NCBI GenBank assembly: GCA_965225945.1
Contig: CBDDBZ010000033.1
Coordinates: 192,001 to 256,000, forward strand
Direction of reading: 5' to 3'
From: Alphaproteobacteria bacterium
GTDB lineage: Bacteria > Pseudomonadota > Alphaproteobacteria > GCA-2731375
Length of the DNA: 64,000 nt
Position 1 is the stretch's first letter. The number at the start of each line of letters is the position of its first letter. This document shows positions 54,576 to 64,000 of this stretch, in pieces. The notes beneath the pieces were generated by a model. The model saw only the letters and a program-made list of their open reading frames with translations. It did not search any database and was not told the origin of the DNA. A program made the translations under genes and the position numbers.

Positions 54576-55241
54576 ATGATCGCCATCGACATCATCTCCG
54601 ACACCGTCTGCCCCTGGTGCTATATCGGCAAGCGACGCCTGGAGCGAGCGCTCGCCGCTCGCCCGAACCATGACTTCAAGATCGACTGGCGGCCGTTCCA
54701 ACTGAACCCGGATTTACCGTCCGCCGGCATGGACCGATCGCGCTATCTGGAACTGAAATTCGGCGGCAAGGATCGCGCGAGCCAGATTTACGATCGGGTG
54801 CGGGAAGCCGGCGCGAGCGAGGCCATCTCCTTCGACTTCGAGGCCATCGTGCGGCAGCCGAATACCGTCGATTCCCATCGGCTGACGGGCGAGAGGGGTG
54901 TCCAAGACGCGCTGGTCGAGGACCTGTTCCAGCGCTATTTCCTGAGGGGCGAGAACATCGGTGATCGCGATGTCCTGCTCGAGGCGGCGGAGGCGGCCGG
55001 GATGGACCGGGAGGTCGTGCGCGAAAAACTGACCGCCGGGGAGGACACGGACAGCGTGCGCCTCGAGGAACAGACCGCGCGGCGCATCGGCGTCACGGGT
55101 GTTCCCTGCTTCATCATCGGCGGCAAATACACCGTCTCCGGTGCACAGGACCCCACCGTGTTGGTCAATATGATCGATCTCGCTCAGGGCGACGACAACG
55201 CCGGCGTTCAGGCCGCCGAGGGGGGCGCCGCCGAGGCCTGA
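54576..55241 (+). CDS. DsbA/FrnE family oxidoreductase (Cys form)
   Basis: SDTVCPWCYIG, PFQLNP, GVTGVPCF and GAQ. Confidence 0.92.
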   Translation: MIAIDIISDTVCPWCYIGKRRLERALAARPNHDFKIDWRPFQLNPDLPSAGMDRSRYLELKFGGKDRASQIYDRVREAGASEAISFDFEAIVRQPNTVDSHRLTGERGVQDALVEDLFQRYFLRGENIGDRDVLLEAAEAAGMDREVVREKLTAGEDTDSVRLEEQTARRIGVTGVPCFIIGGKYTVSGAQDPTVLVNMIDLAQGDDNAGVQAAEGGAAEA

Positions 55242-58200
55242 GCGATTCCGGCCAGGCGGACCAGCAGGTCGCGCGCCCCGCGCAATCGCAATTCCGGCGT
55301 TTCCCACTGTCTCCTGAAGACCAATCGGTGGTCGGGCCGGAGCTTGGCAGTGCCCGCCTGGGAATTGATGAAGGCGACCAGGCCCGCCAGGTTCGCATAG
55401 TCGTTGTCGCGGAAGGCGACGGTGGCGCCACCCGGCCCCGCCTCCAGCTTCTCGATATTGGCCTCGCGGCAGAGCCGCTTCATCTCGACCACCTCGATCA
55501 GATGCGAGACCTCCCGCGGCAATGGGCCGAAGCGGTCCACCAGCTCGGCCGCGAAGGCATCGATCTCGGCGGCTTCCCGCAATCGGCCCAGGCGGCGGTA
55601 GAGGCCGAGGCGGAGATCGAGATCGGCGACGTAATCGCCGGGGATCAGCACCGCCATGCCGAGGGCGATCTGTGGCGACCAATCGCCACGCTCGACCTCG
55701 TCCATCCCCTCGCCATCGCGCGCGCGGGCCACCGCCTCCTCCAGCAATTGCTGGTAGAGCTCGAGCCCGACTTCCTTGATATGGCCAGACTGCTCCTCGC
55801 CCAAGAGATTGCCGGCGCCGCGAATGTCGAGGTCGTGGCTCGCCAGAGAGAAGCCGGCGCCGAGCGTGTCGAGCGCCTGCAGGACCTTCAGGCGTTTCAT
55901 CGCGTTGGCGCTGGGGGCGCGGCGAGGCGGCAGGGTGAAGTAGGAATAGGCCCGCTTCTTGGCCCGCCCGATGCGGCCGCGCAACTGATAGAGCTGGGCC
56001 AGGCCGAACATGTCGGCGCGGTGCACGACGAGGGTGTTGGCGTTGGGAATATCCAGCCCCGATTCGATGATCGTGGTGGTGACCAATACATCGAACGCAC
56101 CGTCGTAGAAGGCGCTCATCACCTCCTCGAGCTCGCCCCCCGACAGCCGCCCATGCGCGGTCACGAACTTCACCTCGGGGATGTTGTCGCGGAGGAAGGT
56201 GGCGGCGTCGGGAAGGTCCTGGATGCGGGGGCAGACGTAGAAGCTCTGTCCGCCGCGATAGTGCTCTCGAAGGATCGCCTCGCGCACGATCACCGGATCG
56301 AACGGCAGGACGAAGGTCCGGACCGCCAGGCGGTCGACCGGTGGCGTCGCGATCAGGCTCAACTCCTTCACGCCGCTCATCGCCAGTTGCAGCGTCCTGG
56401 GGATCGGCGTCGCGGTGAGGGTCAGGACGTGGACGTCCTCCCGCAGTTGCTTCAGCCGTTCCTTGTGCTTGACCCCGAAGTGTTGCTCCTCGTCGACGAT
56501 CAGCAGCTCGAGAGCCTTGAAGCGGATACGCTTGGCGAGCAACGCGTGGGTGCCGATCACGATATCGACGCGACCGCTCTCCATGTCCGCCCGCGTCGCC
56601 GCCGCGTCCTTGGTGGCGACCAGGCGGGACAGTTGACGGATCTCCACCGCGGAATCGCGAAAACGCTCCGCGAAGGTCTCGAAGTGTTGGCGCGCCAACA
56701 GCGTCGTCGGCGTCACCACCGCGACTTGGCCCCCGGCCATCACCGTGGCGAAGGCGCTTCGAAGTGCTACCTCGGTCTTGCCGAAGCCGACGTCGCCGCA
56801 GATCAGGCGGTCCATCGGCCGGCCGGCCGCCAGGTCGGCCATCACGTCCTCGATCGCGCGGCTCTGATCCTCCGTCTCCTCGAAGGGGAAGCGGGCGCAG
56901 AATGTGGCGTAGAGCGGATCGTCCGCGTCGATCTTGGGCGCGGACTTGAGCGCACGGGCCGACGCCACCTTGATCAAGGCCTCCGCCATGTCCTCGAGGC
57001 GAGACTTCAGCCGGGCCTTGCGCGCCTGCCAACCGGCACCGCCCAGGCGGTCGAGGGCGACGCCCGCCTGCTCCGAGCCGTAGCGGGACAGCATCTCGAT
57101 GTTGACCACCGGAAGGTAGAGCTTGTCGCCGCCGTCGTAGCGCAGGTGCAGGCAATCGTGCGGCGCGCCGCCGACGTCGATCGTCAACAGCCCTTCATAG
57201 CGAGCGATCCCATGTTCCGCGTGGACCACCAAGTCGCCGACGCCGAGCTCGGTGGCGCTGGTCAGGAATTCTTCCGCCCGGCGCGATCGCCGGCCGGCGC
57301 GGCGCATGCGATCGCCCAGAATGTCCTGCTCGCCGACGACGACCAGATCGTCGGTCTCGAAGCCGTGCTCCAGCGCCAGCACGATCAACGCCAGCCGGCC
57401 TCGCGCCAGGCCCGCCAGCGCCGGGCCGTCCGCGACCACGCTCGCGTCGTCGATCTCGTAATCCCCGAGCAGCGTCGCCAAACGGTCCGCCGAGCCGGGG
57501 GAGTAAGCGGCGATGGCGACCCGGCGCCCAGCCGATACATGGGCTCGAAGGTGATCGCGAAGGGCGCCGAAGACGTCGAGCCCGTCGTGCTGCCGCTCGG
57601 CGGCAAAATCGCGCCCGCGCCGGCCACCGAGGTCGATCACGCTCTCCGACGGCGGCGCCCGAAACGGCGTCAGGGCCAGCGCGGCGCGCGCCGCCAACAC
57701 CTCGTCCCACTCGCCCTGGCGGAGATAGAGTCGCTCCGACGGCAGCGGATTGTAAGGCGGCGCCTCGTCACCGCGCTGGGCGACATGGTCCTTGCGGGCT
57801 TCGAAATGTTCCTCGATCTGCGACAGGCGGGCGACGACCGCTTCCTCCACCAGGGGGTCGAGAGCGATCCGTGCCTCCGGGAGGAAATCGAACAGGCTTT
57901 CCAGCCCCTCGTGGAACAGCGGCAACCAGTGCTCCATTCCAATGTGACGGCGGCCGGCGCTGACTCCGTGATAGAGCAGGTCCTCCCCGGTCACGGCGCC
58001 GAAGGCGCGGCGATAGCCGGCGCGAAAGCGGTCGATCGAGGCCTGGTCGAGCGAGACCTCGGATACCGGTCCCAAGCGAAATTCCACGGCCTTGCCGGTG
58101 GTGCGCTGGGTCAGCGGATCGAAGAGGCGGATACTCTCCAACTCGTCGCCGAAGAAGTCGAGCCGCATCGGCGCCTCGCCCCCCGGTGGAAAGATGTCCA

Positions 58201-58714
58201 GCAGGCCGCCCCGCTGGGCGAATTCTCCCGGCTCCATCACCGTGCCGGATCGCGAATAGCCGTTTCGCGCCAGAAACGCGCCCAGGGCGTCGAGCGAGAC
58301 CGCGCCCGCGATCCGGCCCTCGAACACCGTGCCGGCGAAGCTCGCCCGCATCGGAACCCGTTGCAGGGCGGCGCTGACGGTGGTGACGAGGATGTGCGGA
58401 CGCCCGGCGCCCGCCCCGGGCTCGGCCAGGCGCGAGAGCATGTCGGCGCGCCTGGCCGCCACCTCCGCGTTGGGCGAGGCGCGATCGTAGGGCAGGCAGT
58501 CCCACGCCGGAAAGCACCAGACCTCGAGCCCGGGATCGAAGAAGGCGAGCGCCTCGGCGAGCGCCATCATCCGTCCCTCGTCCCGCGCGACGTGGAGCAG
58601 ACCACCGTCGAGCCGGCGGGCGAGGCCTGCGAGAAATTGCGCGTCGACCCCCTCCGGCGCGCCGGCGAGCGTCAGGCGCCCAGGCGCGCCGACAACCTGC
58701 TCGATTCCGTTCAT
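55208..58714 (-). CDS. mfd: Transcription-repair coupling factor
   Basis: FPAWDCLPYD, GDVGFGKTEVA, DEEQHFGV and QLRGRIGR. Confidence 0.98.
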   Translation of the reverse strand: MNGIEQVVGAPGRLTLAGAPEGVDAQFLAGLARRLDGGLLHVARDEGRMMALAEALAFFDPGLEVWCFPAWDCLPYDRASPNAEVAARRADMLSRLAEPGAGAGRPHILVTTVSAALQRVPMRASFAGTVFEGRIAGAVSLDALGAFLARNGYSRSGTVMEPGEFAQRGGLLDIFPPGGEAPMRLDFFGDELESIRLFDPLTQRTTGKAVEFRLGPVSEVSLDQASIDRFRAGYRRAFGAVTGEDLLYHGVSAGRRHIGMEHWLPLFHEGLESLFDFLPEARIALDPLVEEAVVARLSQIEEHFEARKDHVAQRGDEAPPYNPLPSERLYLRQGEWDEVLAARAALALTPFRAPPSESVIDLGGRRGRDFAAERQHDGLDVFGALRDHLRAHVSAGRRVAIAAYSPGSADRLATLLGDYEIDDASVVADGPALAGLARGRLALIVLALEHGFETDDLVVVGEQDILGDRMRRAGRRSRRAEEFLTSATELGVGDLVVHAEHGIARYEGLLTIDVGGAPHDCLHLRYDGGDKLYLPVVNIEMLSRYGSEQAGVALDRLGGAGWQARKARLKSRLEDMAEALIKVASARALKSAPKIDADDPLYATFCARFPFEETEDQSRAIEDVMADLAAGRPMDRLICGDVGFGKTEVALRSAFATVMAGGQVAVVTPTTLLARQHFETFAERFRDSAVEIRQLSRLVATKDAAATRADMESGRVDIVIGTHALLAKRIRFKALELLIVDEEQHFGVKHKERLKQLREDVHVLTLTATPIPRTLQLAMSGVKELSLIATPPVDRLAVRTFVLPFDPVIVREAILREHYRGGQSFYVCPRIQDLPDAATFLRDNIPEVKFVTAHGRLSGGELEEVMSAFYDGAFDVLVTTTIIESGLDIPNANTLVVHRADMFGLAQLYQLRGRIGRAKKRAYSYFTLPPRRAPSANAMKRLKVLQALDTLGAGFSLASHDLDIRGAGNLLGEEQSGHIKEVGLELYQQLLEEAVARARDGEGMDEVERGDWSPQIALGMAVLIPGDYVADLDLRLGLYRRLGRLREAAEIDAFAAELVDRFGPLPREVSHLIEVVEMKRLCREANIEKLEAGPGGATVAFRDNDYANLAGLVAFINSQAGTAKLRPDHRLVFRRQWETPELRLRGARDLLVRLAGIAQASAAPPSAA

Positions 58715-59329
58715 ACCAACCGCCAAAAATGGCGACTCCCCGGCCGCCCCGCTCCCGGTTTTCTCCCCTGGCCAAACCCCATAGGATAATTCCGACGGCC
58801 GCTCTCCCGCGTGTTTCATTGGAGAGCGGCCGTGGTTGAGTATGTCGGAGGGAACGAATCGAGGGAAGAGACGGCGAATTGCATCAAGGACGCGTCGGGC
58901 GCGGTGTTGTATCGGGCAAGGTGGCGAGGAGGTCGACGAGAGAATTGGAATGAAAAGCCGTGTTGGCTCGGCGCGAGACGACACCCCCGAGGCCAGGGCC
59001 GGCGATCCGAGCGGGCTCGGGTTCACCAAGGGCAAGGGGCCGCCTTCCCCTCTCCGCCACCGTCGCTCGCCGGGCTAAGTTGCGCGGTCGTTCGAACCCC
59101 GATCTAATGTTCGATATAGTTCGGCGGACGCGACCGTCGACGCCATGGGAACCTGTCCTGGAGCGAGAGAACCATGAGCGATCGCCCGCTTGAGGATAAG
59201 GTCTCGATGTCGGCGGGGGAGAAATGAGGCGTGGCCGCGCAATGGTGACGGTTCGGCTAGCCACGATCCTACTCGCCTGGTGCCTGTCGTTCGCGAGGTC
59301 GAGAAATAGTGTACTCTCCCCCGAAACGG

Positions 59330-59458
59330 CGAATTGAAACGCCGCGAGCAGGAACTGGCGGAGAAGGAAGCGCAACTCCGGGTCGCGCTGGACAATATGC
59401 TGGGCGGCATGATGCTTGGCGATCGAGAGCTCGACTGGGTGCTCTTCATTGCGCAGTA
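59330..59458 (+). pseudogene. Fragment of a PAS-domain sensor
   Basis: QELAEKEAQLRVALDNMLGGM resembles LSEKEAQLRLTLNRMPGGI in the downstream kinase. Confidence 0.5.
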
Positions 59459-59594
59459 AAGCGGGTTGCACGATTGCGATGGCGTTGACGCCAGCCGTCG
59501 TGGATATTCGAGGTTCGAGGATAATTTTATCGCCTGCGGGTACGACGTGTAAGTCGCGAATCTGAGGGAGGAACGAACGAGGGAGAATTGAACG

Positions 59595-60375
59595 ATGCGT
59601 CGCATGCTGACCTGCTTGGTCGCTTCATGGATCTTAATCCTCGGTTGTGGCGTGGCTGCCGCGCAGACGTCGAAGACCATCCGCCTGACCAACGGCGAGT
59701 GGCAGCCCTATCTCTCGAAGGACACGCTGCACTACGAGTACGCTTCGCACATCGTCACCGAGGCCTTTGCCCTCGTCGGCGTCGAGGTCGAAAACGGTTT
59801 CTTCCCATGGAAGCGGTCGTTCAAACTCGTAAAGGAAGGAACTTGGGACGGCACCGTGGTCTGGCTCTACACCGACGAGCGCCGAGAGCATTTTCTTTAC
59901 TCGCAAGGGGTCGTCCAAACGAAGTATGCGTTCTTCTATCTGAAAGGTTCCGATTTCGATTGGAATAGCTACGAGGGATTGAGAGGCATCCGTATTGGCG
60001 GGACGTTGCAATACACATATGGCGAGGGATTTGACGCCGCAGAGAAGGCCGGCATTATCAATACGAATCGGGCGCCAAGCGACGAAATCGGACTCAAGAA
60101 GCTGCTGAAGGGCCGAATCGAAGCGTTTCCCGGCGAGGTCAAGGTGACCTACGCGCAGATTCGCGACACCTTCTCCCAGGAGGACGCGGCGTTGTTCACG
60201 CACCACCCCAAAGCCATAAACGAGGCCCCGATGCACCTCTTGCTGAGCAAAAATGTCGCGGGGAACGAGGCGATGCGCGATCTGTTCAACGAAGGACTGA
60301 AGCGCCTCAAGGTAAAGCGGGCGGTATGACCAGATCATCGCCGACGCTCTGGCCGGCAAGTACGCCAAGCCGTGA
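59595..60375 (+). CDS. Family-3 periplasmic solute-binding protein; probable frameshift near the C-terminus
   Basis: Signal peptide, NGEWQPY, PWKR, FNEGL; tail SGRYDQII is out of frame after about 60315. Confidence 0.8.
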
Positions 60376-60380
60376 CGAGG

Positions 60381-60629
60381 CGCGAGAAGAGACATATCAA
60401 GCGGATAACTGGCGCGGCTCTCATGTAGCGCGTCGTGATCGTGATCTCAATGGGGGTGCGAAACATGATTAGAGAGTCCGGCTTTCTTTCGTTCAACACG
60501 ATCCGGGCAAAGTTTCTCGCGAGAAGAGACATATCAAGCGGATAACTGGCGCGGCTCTCATGTAGCGCGTCGTGATCGTGATCTCAATGGGGGTGCGAAA
60601 CATGATTAGAGAGTCCGGCTTTCTTTCGT
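60381..60629. repeat. 112-bp direct duplication (period 137)
   Basis: 60381-60492 equals 60518-60629; spans the RBS and ATG of the kinase gene. Confidence 0.9.
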
Positions 60630-60802
60630 CATCCCGCTTGTGTTGCTTTCGACGATCGCCGTCTTCGGGCTGTTCGAGTTCGATGCCCGCCGGGACGCAA
60701 ACCGCATGCTTCAGGACAAGCTCGACAAGCTGGTCGCCATCCAGAGCGCGGTGGTCGCCAAATCGCTGTGGAACGTCGCCGACGAGCAGATCAAGTTGAT
60801 TC

Positions 60803-61557
60803 CTTGCCTATCCGGTTATCACCCACACCCACTATATGTAGTGTGCACCCATTTTCCTGAGTAAAGCTCGGTGCAGGTCGAAGCGGAGATATCTCCGGCG
60901 ATGCCGAGCAGGGACTCGGACGGCATTGTAGCGCCTTTTAGGCGACACTTTAGCGTGGTGGAAATCCTAATCATTGAGTCGGATTTGGCAAAACGCCACG
61001 TTGCATAAAGGACCGTCACTTCATTGAAATTTATCTGAAATCGGAGGTGAACGACACCGATGGAATATTCCAGGAAATCAGAGCTTCATTGAATTGTAGG
61101 ATTCGAGTGCCGGATTATTCACAAATAGCTCTGTGAACTGGTTTTCAAGTTCGCTCAATACGTCATATGAAGTAAACGGATTGAGGATCACGTTCTTGCG
61201 TGTCGCTTCGTCTTCGCTGCGACTCAAAACGCGCAGGAGACTAACAGGCGCGGACGGGTTCTTCGCAACGATTCGTGCCAGCGCGTCGCTTTCTTCGACT
61301 AGTGCCGTCAATCGCTCAGACGATGTCGTTTCATCAGCAGCTTCCCGTCTGGCCGTGGGTTTCTTCGTTTTTCCCTTGGTCGCCACCGTTCCGTCCCCCG
61401 ATGTTAAGTACGTGACGTGAATTAAACTCCGGTTCGGTTTTCAGAACAATCAAGAATTAGCCGGATCGCCTCCTCAATGCGCCTGCGCCGGCCCTTGCCT
61501 GCAGTCCAAGGAGACACACTACATATAGTGGGTGTGGGTGATAACCGGATAGGCAAG
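60803..61557 (-). mobile_element. 755-bp insertion cassette, copy 3 (passenger ORF 61078-61386)
   Basis: Same TIRs and ORF; left flank GTTGATTC. Confidence 0.95.
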
Positions 61558-61867
61558 GCTTCAACCTCGAAGACACCCACATGACCGACCCGGAGCGCAT
61601 CTCCAAGCTCACCGCCGTCCTTTCCATCACCTTCTGCTGGGCGCACAAAGTCGGCGATTGGCTCCACGAGGCCGAGCCGATCCGCCTCAAAACCCACAAA
61701 AGGATGGCAAAATCCATCTTCCGATACGGTTTCGAGTGGATAAGGCGACAGCTCGTCAATCCTATCGACAGGCGTCAAGCCATTGAGCTGATTCGTTTCC
61801 TCGTCCCCGGAAAACCACCAGTCCAGGTGCCCAGGCCAAAGCCAGCATGAACGAGTCGTGTACTGTG
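61558..61867 (+). mobile_element. 3' 310-bp fragment of the IS4 element
   Basis: Matches 6852-7161, including the right TIR. Confidence 0.9.
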
Positions 61868-61911
61868 CAATCTGACATTAAGTGCACTGTCACCTAATGC
61901 TGTCGATCACC

Positions 61912-61958
61912 GATTGAGCAACCTGATGTGTGGAAATTCGGAACGCCGTTGATCAGTC
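61912..61958 (-). mobile_element. 47-bp terminal fragment of the IS256 element
   Basis: Matches 7534-7580. Confidence 0.85.
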
Positions 61959-62713
61959 CTTGCCTATCCGGTTATCACCCACACCCACTATATGTAGTGT
62001 GTCTCCTTGGACTGCAGGCAAGGGCCGGCGCAGGCGCATTGAGGAGGCGATCCGGCTAATTCTTGATTGTTCTGAAAACCGAACCGGAGTTTAATTCACG
62101 TCACGTACTTAACATCGGGGGACGGAACGGTGGCGACCAAGGGAAAAACGAAGAAACCCACGGCCAGACGGGAAGCTGCTGATGAAACGACATCGTCTGA
62201 GCGATTGACGGCACTAGTCGAAGAAAGCGACGCGCTGGCACGAATCGTTGCGAAGAACCCGTCCGCGCCTGTTAGTCTCCTGCGCGTTTTGAGTCGCAGC
62301 GAAGACGAAGCGACACGCAAGAACGTGATCCTCAATCCGTTTACTTCATATGACGTATTGAGCGAACTTGAAAACCAGTTCACAGAGCTATTTGTGAATA
62401 ATCCGGCACTCGAATCCTACAATTCAATGAAGCTCTGATTTCCTGGAATATTCCATCGGTGTCGTTCACCTCCGATTTCAGATAAATTTCAATGAAGTGA
62501 CGGTCCTTTATGCAACGTGGCGTTTTGCCAAATCCGACTCAATGATTAGGATTTCCACCACGCTAAAGTGTCGCCTAAAAGGCGCTACAATGCCGTCCGA
62601 GTCCCTGCTCGGCATCGCCGGAGATATCTCCGCTTCGACCTGCACCGAGCTTTACTCAGGAAAATGGGTGCACACTACATATAGTGGGTGTGGGTGATAA
62701 CCGGATAGGTAAG
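61959..62713 (+). mobile_element. 755-bp insertion cassette, copy 4 (passenger ORF 62130-62438)
   Basis: Same element; one TIR mismatch (T at 62710); right flank GTTGATTC. Confidence 0.95.
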
Positions 62714-64000
62714 GTTGATTCTCGCCGCGCTGGCCATCGATCCCGACGTCGAGAGCGCCGCCGTATACGACGAGCGGGACCAGCTCGTCGGCTTTACCGG
62801 ATCGGCCGATGAGATCGAGACACGGCCGTTCTTCGCGTCGAAAGAGATCGTCTACGTCTATGACGAGAAGCCCGAGGTCATCGGCCGGCTGACGGTTGCC
62901 TTGACCGACGCGCGTCTGCAATCCGCCGCACGGGAGCGCATGTTCCTGGCCGGCGTTTTGGCGGCCATTCTCATCGTCTCGGTCGTGTTCAGCGCGTTGC
63001 TCGGCAACCGTCGCACGATCGGCATCCCGCTCGAGCGGCTGCTCGCCTCGATCGACCGTTCGCGCGAGGGCGGCAAACGCCAAGCCGTCGATTGGCGGAG
63101 CAACGACGAGATCGGCGCCGTGGTCTCGGCGTTCAACGAGATGCAGGAACGCCAAAAGGCTTACGAGCAGGATCTCGAGGCAACGCGCGACATGCTCGAG
63201 CGCCGCGTCGAGGAGCGCACCCGCGAGCTCGCCCATCTCGCCCGGTTCCCGTCCGAGGACCCGAGCCCGGTGCTCAGGGTGATGCCCGACGGCGCCGTGC
63301 TCTACGCCAACGATGCCGCGATTGCGGTCAATGGGCTGCTCGAGGGAGGCAGGAAGTCGACGCTCCCGCGCGACCTCGCCGGGGTTTGTGCCGAGGCGTC
63401 TCGCACCGCCGAGGTCCGGGAGAGCGAGTTCGAAAGCGGCGATTGCGTCTTCGCCTTGTCGATCGCACCGGTCGCCGACGAGTCCTACATCAATATTTAC
63501 GGCCGCGACATCACCGAACGCAAACGGGCGGAAGCGGACCTGTCCGAGAAGGAAGCCCAACTCCGTCTGACGCTGAACCGTATGCCCGGCGGCATAAGGC
63601 TTGTCGATAAGGACAGAAATTACGTATTATTCAACTCGCGATACTCCGAATTGTACGATTTTCCCGAAGGACTTCTCAAAGTCGGCGATTCCAGCCGTGT
63701 CGAGAATCTTTACCAGGCCCGACGCGGCGACTTCGGCGACGGCGATCCGGAGACGCTGGTCGATGAATGGCGAAACGAAATTCCGGTGCAAACCGAACCC
63801 GCGAGTTGGGAACGAAGAACGGTTGGCGGGAAAACGCTTCGGGTCCGCACGGCACCAACGCCGGATGGCGGTTTCGTGAATATTGTTACCGACATCACCG
63901 CGCACAAGCGCGCCGAGGAAGCGTCGCGCGAGGCGCGCGACTCCGCCGAATTGGCGACGCAGGCCAAGGCGGCGTTCCTCGCCACAATGAGCCATGAGAT

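Larger units (their letters stand above)
60465..64000 (+). pseudogene. Membrane sensor histidine kinase (HAMP-PAS-HisKA), disrupted; runs off window
   Basis: DEQIKLI|LAALAIDPD rejoins across the insertion; NDEIG HAMP, RDITERKRAE and AKAAFLATMSHE H-box. Confidence 0.88.

Noticed and set aside
55328-58789. 1153-aa plus-strand ORF and similar long overlapping ORFs
   Set aside because: Antisense frames of real genes such as mfd, expected in high-GC DNA.

Overview
High-GC alphaproteobacterial chromosome segment, probably Rhodospirillales-like (inferred from serS-surE-pcm-nlpD, DUF815, yajC-secD-secF-Mth938-SQS/PSY, ATP12, a PleD-like gene and mfd). The left 17 kb and right 5 kb are an insertion-sequence graveyard with IS630, IS4, IS110, three IS256, IS21, IS66 and IS1595, many nested. 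The centre holds transport, catabolic and housekeeping genes. Main observations: (1) a 755-bp transposase-less cassette in four near-identical copies, with 43-bp terminal inverted repeats (TIRs), 8-bp target site duplications (TSDs) and a 102-aa LRV/HEAT-like passenger gene, which looks like a non-autonomous IS1595/ISSod11 derivative; (2) copies 3 and 4 share one outer TSD, forming a composite transposon inside a sensor kinase gene; (3) an NrdR-box-like palindrome in every TIR; (4) a DsbA/FrnE-like gene with an in-frame UGA in a UPWC motif plus a SECIS-like hairpin, i.e. a probable selenoprotein; (5) a 158-bp MITE; (6) two adjacent secreted His/Arg-rich proteins sharing a C-terminal PRRVEV...IDLTR motif; (7) many point lesions suggesting early genome erosion. 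All family calls come from motif recognition, not database searches.
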